Below, piece by piece: positions 35,873-43,972 of a stretch of 64,000 bases of DNA. Positions within the stretch are counted from its first letter, which is position 1; each line of letters opens with the position of its first letter. The stretch spans positions 1 to 64,000 of the IMG/VR virus record IMGVR_UViG_3300046507_000773. One strand, given 5' to 3'. Under the pieces are notes generated by a model, which saw only the letters and a program-made list of their open reading frames with translations, was not told the origin of the DNA and made no database searches. Position numbers and translations under genes: made by a program.

Positions 35873-36644
35873 AGAACATGCCATTGGCTACTTAGCGTCC
35901 CTGCTTAGCCAATCTGGCAAGAACGATCTGGAGGCCAAGAATACGGCGGGAGACCTCGTCTTTAAACTGGCCCCGGTACTGATCGTTAAAGATGTGACTG
36001 CCAGTTACGTTAAAGGACTGTGCCACCGCGTTAGTACGGCCAACGCGGAACTGAGCACGGTGCTGAGTTATCACAACTACCTGCAAGCTGCCGCTATCAT
36101 CCTCGGCTACGACGGCTGGCATCCACTCATGAAGGCTGTCGATAAGAGCGATCTTATCCCGGTGGACGTTGAACGCGATGTTGTTCCTTTGACGCACCGG
36201 AACAAGGCCAGTCAAGTGCGCGGTGGCTTGCATGCCCTGGCCAAGGGTACTCACATCACCTGGAAAGACATGCGCGACACCTTGCGTAAGTTGGCAAGTC
36301 ACGACATGCATTCCATGATTGATGCCGTCATGATGGAAATGCAGATGAAAGTCGGCATTACCTCGGCAAGTGATGAGCGGGGCGACATGCTTTTCGCGAT
36401 CTTCCCTGATCCGAGTTCGGACATGGGTGACGACTGGTTCATGATCCTTGGCGAGAAGTACCGCCCGCCGCAGGAACGTGATGGCGAATACAAGACGGCA
36501 ATGATCGCTGTCCAAACGTATCCGCTTTCCAACCGCATCGCTCACATCGAAGGCGGCAAGATCGACGAGTACTCGTCGGTATCGATCAAGGAAATGGTCG
36601 AGGCTACCCGTAAAGCCCGTCAAGCACAAAAACAAACTGCATAA
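35856..36644 (+). CDS. Hypothetical protein
   Basis: Contains LSYHNYLQAAAIILGYDGWHPL, a helical motif seen in phage/plasmid proteins. Confidence 0.75.
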   Translation: MKTKTKEHAIGYLASLLSQSGKNDLEAKNTAGDLVFKLAPVLIVKDVTASYVKGLCHRVSTANAELSTVLSYHNYLQAAAIILGYDGWHPLMKAVDKSDLIPVDVERDVVPLTHRNKASQVRGGLHALAKGTHITWKDMRDTLRKLASHDMHSMIDAVMMEMQMKVGITSASDERGDMLFAIFPDPSSDMGDDWFMILGEKYRPPQERDGEYKTAMIAVQTYPLSNRIAHIEGGKIDEYSSVSIKEMVEATRKARQAQKQTA

Positions 36645-36667
36645 CTTCACTAGGAAAGTGAGAAGCT

Positions 36668-37072
36668 GTGAAACAAGAAGACATCGATAAGCTCAAACTG
36701 AACGCCTCCCTGGTCTTGGAACAACTGGGGGAAATTTTCGAAGAGCGCAATGAACTGCCCAATAAAGCAGTCACGTTGGAAAGTGCAGAAATCGGTACTC
36801 ACGTCATTATGCGCATGACGATGCACGATGTTCGTGATGGCAAGATGGTGCCTACGCCTGAGCATCCGGGTAAGCCCATGTGCCTGCTCGGCAAGCCGCC
36901 CTATGTCCATCCCACTAAAACGTTCTCTGGGGCGCTTTGTTTCGTCGGGGACCGTGTGGACCAGTACCACCTGCTAGAGCTCCCTGAGGGCTCGTATCGT
37001 GCCATGGCGGAGATATTCTACGACTTCCTCGTGCACGGTGAAAAGCCTGGTACTGATTTGCCGAAAGCATAA
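36668..37072 (+). CDS. Hypothetical protein
   Basis: 134 aa. Confidence 0.7.
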   Translation: MKQEDIDKLKLNASLVLEQLGEIFEERNELPNKAVTLESAEIGTHVIMRMTMHDVRDGKMVPTPEHPGKPMCLLGKPPYVHPTKTFSGALCFVGDRVDQYHLLELPEGSYRAMAEIFYDFLVHGEKPGTDLPKA

Positions 37073-37141
37073 GCTGTTTTTACCGCATCATCTTATCAAC
37101 TGAGTAGGCGAAGCCTCTCAACAATTAATTGGAAGAACACC

Positions 37142-37852
37142 ATGACCGCAGTCAAGAAGACCGCTCATCTGACCGATGCACAGCTCAAGCGCGAGCGTCA
37201 ATCGGAGTACAATGCAATTCTTTCAGGTCGCTTTATTAAGACCGTGTATTACGAAACCCCAGATAAGAAGAAGAGCACCAAGAAAAACCGTTCTCTCTAC
37301 ATGCGTACTGCCGTGTCGAACGTCATGAAAAACATGGCGCAAAACCGTCACGACTCGCTGTGGGCTGAAGTGTGGAACGATTTGACTGGCGAACTCATCG
37401 CTACCGTCGGTCGAGACATCATGGGTAAGGTCGAAGCAACTCAGTACTTCGATCCGGTCACCGGCAAGAAGCTGCGTGCTCAAGCCCGTAAGGTTTCGGT
37501 TGTCGCTGTCGGCATCACTGCAGAGCAGACCGAGAAAGTCAACCAGCTGATCTTGATGCTGCATTTGTTCGAGAGCAGCCCGGCAGCACAGGTGTTCGTG
37601 CAGGATGGTGTGTTCTACGCCGACGAACTGGGCACCATGGCGCTGAACGAAGTCTATCGCAACGTCATCGAAGACTTGCTCGAACAGATCGACACCACGA
37701 TCTTCATGGGCGAAACCAGCTTCTTCGATAAGAAGGTATTGAAGTACTTCGAAGAAGCAAGTTCGTACAAAATTGTCCAAACTACTGAAGGTTACGATGT
37801 CACTCTGTCGGAAACCTTTGCTATCCGTCGCCGCATTTTTCAACGCTCCTAG
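37142..37852 (+). CDS. Hypothetical protein
   Basis: 236 aa. Confidence 0.8.
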   Translation: MTAVKKTAHLTDAQLKRERQSEYNAILSGRFIKTVYYETPDKKKSTKKNRSLYMRTAVSNVMKNMAQNRHDSLWAEVWNDLTGELIATVGRDIMGKVEATQYFDPVTGKKLRAQARKVSVVAVGITAEQTEKVNQLILMLHLFESSPAAQVFVQDGVFYADELGTMALNEVYRNVIEDLLEQIDTTIFMGETSFFDKKVLKYFEEASSYKIVQTTEGYDVTLSETFAIRRRIFQRS

Positions 37853-37866
37853 GAAAGAGGGCTAAC

Positions 37867-38370
37867 ATGAAGGTTTATACCCCGGCGGGTTATTTCGAAA
37901 ACCGTCCATTGTTTTCCAATCTGCTCGACGTCGTGATGGGCGTGAATCGGCAGATGTATCGGTTTCACAACAATGGCATTACCGTGCCCTATAAGCTTCG
38001 CATCACTGAAGAAGAAACGATGATCGACGGCGAGCACTGCGTTGGCTACCGCTTCACCTTCAAGGAAACGGGATTCACGGTGCTCCTGATGGTGGAGAGC
38101 TACATCGTGACGGATAATGTACCGCATCCGCAGTTCTCGCTTCGCATGAGTGCTGTCGAGGCTTTGCCGGTCATTGCTCGCAAGGTTCCCGGCTTGGGCA
38201 TGGTTGGTGTTTCTGTATTTGACACTACGCGTCCGCCCGACCACATGTTCACGATGGAAGAACGTGAATACATCCACAACGTCATTCTCGACTACCTGTA
38301 CGAGGGCAAAACGCCTGCAGACATTCGTCGCGAGAATTCTCCCCTGAAACTCGTTACCAACAACTCCTAG
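37867..38370 (+). CDS. Hypothetical protein
   Basis: 167 aa. Confidence 0.75.
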   Translation: MKVYTPAGYFENRPLFSNLLDVVMGVNRQMYRFHNNGITVPYKLRITEEETMIDGEHCVGYRFTFKETGFTVLLMVESYIVTDNVPHPQFSLRMSAVEALPVIARKVPGLGMVGVSVFDTTRPPDHMFTMEEREYIHNVILDYLYEGKTPADIRRENSPLKLVTNNS

Positions 38371-38381
38371 GAAAGAGAGTT

Positions 38382-38669
38382 ATGCGCCTTACTACTCCTG
38401 TGCTTTACAATGGCCGCACCGTCGAATTGGCCATGGGTTTTGACAACCACAACCAGGGTTACTTCATGACCGTCGCCCCCACTGACGAAGATGAAGACAA
38501 CCCGGACGCTGACGAAGAAACCGGCATGATCTACAGCAACCTCGACGACAAGGCGCTGAAGTTCCCGGCAGTCACCGAAGACCTGTCGCACTACAAGAAG
38601 GTTCTGCGTGACATGAACATCGACGTGCCGTCCGAGTTCTTTGGCAAAGTTCTGGCAGCATGTGACTGA
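38382..38669 (+). CDS. Small acidic hypothetical protein
   Basis: MGFD...QGYFMTV...MIYSNLDD. Confidence 0.75.
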   Translation: MRLTTPVLYNGRTVELAMGFDNHNQGYFMTVAPTDEDEDNPDADEETGMIYSNLDDKALKFPAVTEDLSHYKKVLRDMNIDVPSEFFGKVLAACD

Positions 38670-38735
38670 GTTCCGTTTGAAAGGGAGTTGGCTTGCGAGG
38701 CCGCTCCCTTTCTTTTTTATTTGGGAGAAAAAGAA

Positions 38736-39308
38736 ATGCTGATTCAAATGCAGCGCAAACTGGTCAACGGTTTGCATCATATCGGGCTGGGTTCGTTGGG
38801 TCAGCTCGTCATGCCGAAGGAAGACAAAGAAAAGCTGGCCGAATTGGTAAAGGGTGTCAAGACGGCCCACGACTTTGTGAAGGGCATGGAAAAGACCGCA
38901 CTCGAGAAGTATCCAGATACCGCTATCTGGTTCGTGGAAGCGAAGGTAAAGACCCTGCCTGGCGCCATGCTTATCTTTAACGACGCGATCTACAACTTGT
39001 TCACGGTATTGAAAACGGAAGAACGTTTCTTCGACTTCTTCCGCAAATTCGTACTGAACGATGAATCGTACAAGGCCATCGTGCTCTTTTTCGCTACGAT
39101 TCAGACGCTCCTGGAAAATTACGGTGCGCTCGATGATGATGGTGGCCCTAAGCTTACCAAGGAAGAAGACGAGGCCCTCGATCTCATGGTGGTGCGTACG
39201 CTAGTGGGTAAGCTCGGTACTTCGCTGTCGAGCAGGTACACCGGCGAACAACTGACTTACGCCCTGATCGAGGCCCTTGACGACGACGTGAAAGGTCAGC
39301 CGGCATGA
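38736..39308 (+). CDS. Hypothetical protein
   Basis: GGAG RBS before MLIQMQ. Confidence 0.75.
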   Translation: MLIQMQRKLVNGLHHIGLGSLGQLVMPKEDKEKLAELVKGVKTAHDFVKGMEKTALEKYPDTAIWFVEAKVKTLPGAMLIFNDAIYNLFTVLKTEERFFDFFRKFVLNDESYKAIVLFFATIQTLLENYGALDDDGGPKLTKEEDEALDLMVVRTLVGKLGTSLSSRYTGEQLTYALIEALDDDVKGQPA

Positions 39309-39649
39309 ACCTGCGTCACATGAAGGAGCACATCGCAGCAGTGGTGGCGCAAATTGCTAAGGATCGTGGTGTTGAAACGAACATCATCGTGTCCCACAAT
39401 GTCGTTCATCGCGACATGGCTTTGCTGCGCTACCAAACCCCGGACAATAAGAAAGATGTCCGGTTTGTGAAGGTGGAAGCCAATCCCCAGGGTAAGCGCT
39501 GGACCCTGACGTTTTGCTTTAACTTGCAAGGCGCTAGCGATGGCTCAAACCGCATTGAAGTGGCGGGTGATGAGATTGTACCCATTACCGCTGTTGTTAT
39601 CCGCAAATACCTCGACGACGGCGTGGTACCTGAAGAACAAACCCTTTAA
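39305..39649 (+). CDS. Hypothetical protein
   Basis: 114 aa, ATGA-coupled. Confidence 0.75.
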   Translation: MNLRHMKEHIAAVVAQIAKDRGVETNIIVSHNVVHRDMALLRYQTPDNKKDVRFVKVEANPQGKRWTLTFCFNLQGASDGSNRIEVAGDEIVPITAVVIRKYLDDGVVPEEQTL

Positions 39650-39663
39650 GAAGGAGGAACCAA

Positions 39664-40155
39664 ATGGCAGAGAAAACTCAATTGCAATACAGTGGCGATA
39701 TCCGTCTCATGCACGAGCGCGTGGGCTTCGGAATGAATCACGAGATCCTGCGTGAAATCATTCGTTCGCTTTGCCGCGGCATTGATGTGTTCGCCGCCAC
39801 TATGGGTAAGGTCGAATCCATGGTGCGTGAAATGCCCGACTACGAATCGAAGGTCGGTATTTCCGGTTACGTCTTCCGTATCCTGCCCTCGTGCAATCCG
39901 AATGATACGTTCGGCTATCGACTGTACGTTCGTTCCAATCGTGAACGCATCCCGACCATGCGCTTCATCCCGATAAGCTTTTCTCCACTCGATGGAAAAA
40001 TCAATACCGTCGGACCGGCTGAAGAACTGACGATGGGCGAGATGGACCTGCATGCTGCTGTCAATGACTTCAATCGTCGTCGTTCTGCCGCGTTAATGGA
40101 TCGTGTCGTCGCAGCGGCCGAGAAACAAAGCGAGCGATCGCCCAACACGAAATAA
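39664..40155 (+). CDS. Hypothetical protein
   Basis: 163 aa, AGGAGG RBS. Confidence 0.8.
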   Translation: MAEKTQLQYSGDIRLMHERVGFGMNHEILREIIRSLCRGIDVFAATMGKVESMVREMPDYESKVGISGYVFRILPSCNPNDTFGYRLYVRSNRERIPTMRFIPISFSPLDGKINTVGPAEELTMGEMDLHAAVNDFNRRRSAALMDRVVAAAEKQSERSPNTK

Positions 40156-40165
40156 AGGAACTGTA

Positions 40166-40693
40166 GTGTCCACAAGAAAGAAAGCGGGTACGCTCGGCAA
40201 GAAGCCGGAAACTACGCCAGCAGTAGAAGGTCAGCGTCAATTACCACCAGGTTTGACGACGATGTTCACGGACCATTCGTTTGAACGAGCAGACGCTCTG
40301 AAAGAGATCCCCAAGAAAAGCCTTGAAAAGCTGGGGAAGCACAAAGGTTCTTTGCGTGATTGGGCCAACATTCAGTTTCGTTTGGCATTCGGACTGTTTC
40401 TTGTCAAAGCAGTTCTCGAAATGGAAGACGAAGCAGCGTCTGTTGTGCTCCCGCTTAACGAAGCAGTACTCGTTAATCGTGCCGTCATGCATCGTGCAAA
40501 GATGCGTATCGCCAATAAGCACGAGTGGGCAGCAACGCCGATGGAAGTTGAGATGATCGATGAAGGACTCGATTACATCAACCAAATCCAGGATCAGGTT
40601 ACGCCTGAAGAAATCAAGACGGCATTTGAAAATGCCAAGCAGGGCTTCGAGACGTCCATGTTGACCATGGCGATTCGAATGAACAAACGGTAA
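40166..40693 (+). CDS. Hypothetical protein
   Basis: GTG start after AAAGGAA. Confidence 0.7.
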   Translation: MSTRKKAGTLGKKPETTPAVEGQRQLPPGLTTMFTDHSFERADALKEIPKKSLEKLGKHKGSLRDWANIQFRLAFGLFLVKAVLEMEDEAASVVLPLNEAVLVNRAVMHRAKMRIANKHEWAATPMEVEMIDEGLDYINQIQDQVTPEEIKTAFENAKQGFETSMLTMAIRMNKR

Positions 40694-40749
40694 TTCAATT
40701 AAGGCCTCATTCCCACAGTGGGGCAACTATCTAGGAAGGATAAAAAGAA

Positions 40750-41703
40750 ATGACTCTCGTAGTTTTCAAGAACGGAATTCTCGCCACCGATTCGCGCCGC
40801 ACGCACGTGTGTTCCAGAACCCACTCGAACAAGTGTCCTTACTGCGAAAAGCCCGCTGTCTCGGTAAAGGACGATGCGGACAAACTTTTCGTCGTTCGAA
40901 AGAAAGGTTCCATCAAGTTTCGTAACGTCACCATTCTCGCGTACGCGTGTGCTGGCGATGTCGAGATGATTAACCGCATTAAAGGGGTCCTTCGTCTGCA
41001 CGATGATCTCGAAGCGGTGTACAAGAGCTACCTCGCTATTCATGGTACGCATACCAAGAACGAGCGCACCTGCACTGTCATGCTCATCGGCGTGGAACAC
41101 AACTTCATCGTTCGCATCCCCGAACAAGGCAGTCTGGATGTGAAGGTTTTCGAGAAGGACAAGTTCCTCGCCATCGGTTCCGGCACGCAGGGGGCACGCT
41201 GGATCAATAAGCTCATGCCTGAAGCATGGGCACCGCTCATTATCAACATGGTGATGGAGGACGACATTGGCGTTGGCGGTACGATCTCGTACGTGGATCT
41301 GAATGAAGAGATAGAGGAAGGCAGTCTGCGTCCTCCAGTCATGCTTCATGTCCCGAACGATCCGAAAGCCATGATTGAACGCGCCAACAAGGTCTTCAGC
41401 ATGGGTGAAGCTGTCGAAGCGGAAAATGAAGTGGTCAAGGTTCGCAAGGAAGCAGGTTATCCTGAAGTCTGGGATTTGCCGATCTCCGACCTGGGGCTGA
41501 AAGTGCATACGCTCAACAACTTGATGACTGAAGGCGGCATTACCCATGTCGCTGAACTCATCATGTTCACGCCGCAAACGCTCCTGAAGATCCCCAAGAT
41601 CGGCAAGGTGGCACTGCAAGAAGTCCACGCCCGCCTGAAAGATCGTAAGCTCACCCTGGGCACCGATACCAACAGCTGGCCGAATCACAAGAAGGCAAAG
41701 TAA
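40750..41703 (+). CDS. HslV/Ntn-hydrolase-like peptidase fused to an RNAP alpha-subunit C-terminal domain
   Basis: Thr at position 2 (MTLVVF..GILATDSR), FLAIGSG. The C-terminal 80 aa align to the alpha-CTD through LTLG....SWP. Confidence 0.85.
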   Translation: MTLVVFKNGILATDSRRTHVCSRTHSNKCPYCEKPAVSVKDDADKLFVVRKKGSIKFRNVTILAYACAGDVEMINRIKGVLRLHDDLEAVYKSYLAIHGTHTKNERTCTVMLIGVEHNFIVRIPEQGSLDVKVFEKDKFLAIGSGTQGARWINKLMPEAWAPLIINMVMEDDIGVGGTISYVDLNEEIEEGSLRPPVMLHVPNDPKAMIERANKVFSMGEAVEAENEVVKVRKEAGYPEVWDLPISDLGLKVHTLNNLMTEGGITHVAELIMFTPQTLLKIPKIGKVALQEVHARLKDRKLTLGTDTNSWPNHKKAK

Positions 41704-41705
41704 CA

Positions 41706-42044
41706 GTGGATCGACTTATCGACGTCGACGTGGTTAGTCGCATGTATCCGGGTCAGATGGTGCAGCTTTACCTGATGGCTTCGTGGCTCTATTACTGGCA
41801 GGATGATTCTGTCATGACGGATCATGCGTTTGACTACATGTGCAAATGCTTGTTGGCTGAGTTCGATAACTTCGAGCACATTCACAAGCATTTAATCGAC
41901 AAGGAAAGCTTAGAAGCTGGAACGTGTCTTTTAGCCAAAGATGCGTTTCCTCAGCGCGTCAGGCATGCTGCTGATGGTTTGTTGCGCTCCATTGCAACAG
42001 ATGGCTTCTGGGACGATGTCGAGCCCCGGTTAAAACCAGCATAA
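41706..42044 (+). CDS. Stand-alone NAD-dependent DNA ligase subdomain Ia-like protein
   Basis: YLMASWLYYWQDDSVMTDHAFDYMCKCL resembles LigA Ia (YY..D.P.isD.eYD.L). Confidence 0.65.
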   Translation: MDRLIDVDVVSRMYPGQMVQLYLMASWLYYWQDDSVMTDHAFDYMCKCLLAEFDNFEHIHKHLIDKESLEAGTCLLAKDAFPQRVRHAADGLLRSIATDGFWDDVEPRLKPA

Positions 42045-42046
42045 AG

Positions 42047-42075
42047 AAAGGGGGCGTCAAGCTCCCTTTTTTTCT
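42047..42075 (+). terminator. Intrinsic terminator
   Basis: AAAGGGGGC/GCTCCCTTT stem followed by a T tract. Confidence 0.8.
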
Positions 42076-42098
42076 TTGGAAAAAAGAAATTACAAGAC

Positions 42099-42108
42099 AA
42101 ATATTACT
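42099..42108 (+). promoter_or_regulatory. Early-promoter-like motif AAATATTACT
   Basis: TATTAC core after an AAGAAATT tract. Confidence 0.6.
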
Positions 42109-42147
42109 GTAGGGTTATTATGCCCGATTTACAGTGAAAGAAAATAA

Positions 42148-42627
42148 ATGAAACTCATCCCATCCAAAACGAAGGAAACGATCGAAAGCGGCGTCGGTCG
42201 TTTTGCTACAAAGACACTACGAGCGATGCATCCTGACGAAGCAATGCAGTTCCTGGGCGCTTACTGCGTCTTCCCGGAGCTCTATCAGGACATCTGCAAT
42301 GCCGTCAACCACGCAATTGAGAACGAGAAGCGCCGTGACAAGTACTTTGTCTATGTTCGCGATGATCGCGTGCCGTACTTCAGCGTCCATTGCAGCATGG
42401 TCGCCAGCCACAAAGTCATCAAGGTAACGATCACCCGTCATCTGCCTGCGCCTGCATCCCGCTTCAAGTGGGCCAGCTACGAACACCAGAGCAAGGTCGC
42501 CGATATCTTCCTGCGCATCACGAATGACGGCTTGATTGCCGACATCTGCGATCGCAATGAAGTGCCGAAATACAATCCGGCCAACCTCATCACGATTCTG
42601 GATCGAAGCGAGGCTTCCTACCACTAA
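42148..42627 (+). CDS. Hypothetical protein
   Basis: 159 aa. Confidence 0.75.
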   Translation: MKLIPSKTKETIESGVGRFATKTLRAMHPDEAMQFLGAYCVFPELYQDICNAVNHAIENEKRRDKYFVYVRDDRVPYFSVHCSMVASHKVIKVTITRHLPAPASRFKWASYEHQSKVADIFLRITNDGLIADICDRNEVPKYNPANLITILDRSEASYH

Positions 42628-42636
42628 GGAGTCTTC

Positions 42637-43011
42637 ATGTATCGTTGGGTCATTCTGGATACCAAGGAGCAGGTCGAGAAGCTTACCCGCAAAGTACAAG
42701 CGGTGCCAAGTCACGATCTGTCGATAGAAGAAATTGTGTCCACCGTTGTGGCTTGTGCCATGAACGACGTGTCCCTCGAAGAAGACTTCTTTGATTACAA
42801 GCTAGCGCTAGGTAAGCGACTCGTTAAGTTGCCCTTGCCTGAGGTACACCGGATTGTAAGGGCGATAGAGAAGTTTGCGAGTTTCCTTTTCAAGAAGATT
42901 CGGGAACTCCATCTTCATTCCAAACACGGCGTTTTGTGGTACGAGTTCGCAGACTTGTTTCACGGCAGTATCGTTCTCAAAAGCATTGTCACCATGGAGG
43001 AACGCTTATGA
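42637..43011 (+). CDS. Paralog-family protein 1 of 3
   Basis: WVILDTKE...HGVLWYEF...HGSIVLK. Confidence 0.8.
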   Translation: MYRWVILDTKEQVEKLTRKVQAVPSHDLSIEEIVSTVVACAMNDVSLEEDFFDYKLALGKRLVKLPLPEVHRIVRAIEKFASFLFKKIRELHLHSKHGVLWYEFADLFHGSIVLKSIVTMEERL

Positions 43012-43421
43012 GGTACGAAGTTTTAATCTTGGATATCCAAGAACCCTTGGAGCGCTTTGTCGATTTGGTCGAAGCGCATCAAGTGGATATCCTTCCTGAC
43101 TTTGCCACAGAAGTCATTGAATCGGTGTTGGACTACGGGGCGGACAAGAAGACTGCCTGGGGTTCGATCGAAGAATACATCCGCGACACAGTCGAAGTGT
43201 ATTACCCGAACGAAGGGCTCGACAAGGATACTTTTCGAAGGCACATCACGACGCTTTGCCGAAGCGTGCACGATGGACTAAAACGCAGTAAAGCGTACGA
43301 CAACACCGGGGCGTTAGAAGCTACCTTTCTGCGCTACTTAGGCTACAACGTTGTTTTAAGGAAGATGACCGCCGATGAACTCAATGCTGTTAAACCACCT
43401 TACCGAGATCGTGGTCCTTGA
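43008..43421 (+). CDS. Paralog-family protein 2 of 3
   Basis: VLILDIQE...TGALEATF...GYNVVLR. GGAGG RBS. Confidence 0.8.
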   Translation: MRYEVLILDIQEPLERFVDLVEAHQVDILPDFATEVIESVLDYGADKKTAWGSIEEYIRDTVEVYYPNEGLDKDTFRRHITTLCRSVHDGLKRSKAYDNTGALEATFLRYLGYNVVLRKMTADELNAVKPPYRDRGP

Positions 43422-43806
43422 CTTTCATGACGATGCAGTCGAGTTCAAGGCCGCAGTCGGTGATGTTTCGAAACACTTAAAGACGCAAACTAAGGACGTT
43501 CTCAACGATCCTTACAACATCATCATTGGCATGATGCCTTGTTTCGATAACCTCTTTGCCGCAGAAACCTTCTTTAATGCTGCGGTGTACGAGTTCTGGA
43601 CCAAGCATCAGCATGTTGATGTGGCGTGGATGGAAAAGTACACGGACCAGATTTTGAAACTCTGTGGGAAAGTGCTGAACAAGATGCAAGTCTTGAACAT
43701 GTATAACCAGGAAGGTGAACTCCTGTACACGTTTGAATCACGCCTGGGTGACGGGATTGTGATGCGTCTGAAAGCGTTAAAGCCTGACCAATACCAACTC
43801 TTCTAG
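43375..43806 (+). CDS. Paralog-family protein 3 of 3
   Basis: IVVLDFHD...EGELLYTF...GDGIVMR. Confidence 0.75.
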   Translation: MNSMLLNHLTEIVVLDFHDDAVEFKAAVGDVSKHLKTQTKDVLNDPYNIIIGMMPCFDNLFAAETFFNAAVYEFWTKHQHVDVAWMEKYTDQILKLCGKVLNKMQVLNMYNQEGELLYTFESRLGDGIVMRLKALKPDQYQLF

Positions 43807-43816
43807 CGCGGCATAC

Positions 43817-43871
43817 GGCCCTCTACCGACCTTACTCCATTACGGGGTAGGGACGGTAGAGGGCTGGTTTT
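43817..43871 (+). terminator. Long hairpin ending the plus-strand accessory block
   Basis: GCCCTCTACCG/CGGTAGAGGGC stem flanked by CGGCATA and TTTATGCCG. Confidence 0.7.
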
Positions 43872-43904
43872 ATGCCGTACTTCTTTTTTTTTGCTTGAAG
43901 AGGC

Positions 43905-43948
43905 GGCATAAAAAAGAACTAGCCCAGCGCACGCACCGGACTAGCCCT
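43905..43948 (-). terminator. Minus-strand terminator of the helicase gene
   Basis: On the minus strand, CTAGTCCGG/CTGGGCTAG (G-U pairs valid only on this strand) followed by TTCTTTTTTATGCCG. Confidence 0.75.
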
Positions 43949-43972
43949 CTCAACTACTATACAATGATGGAA

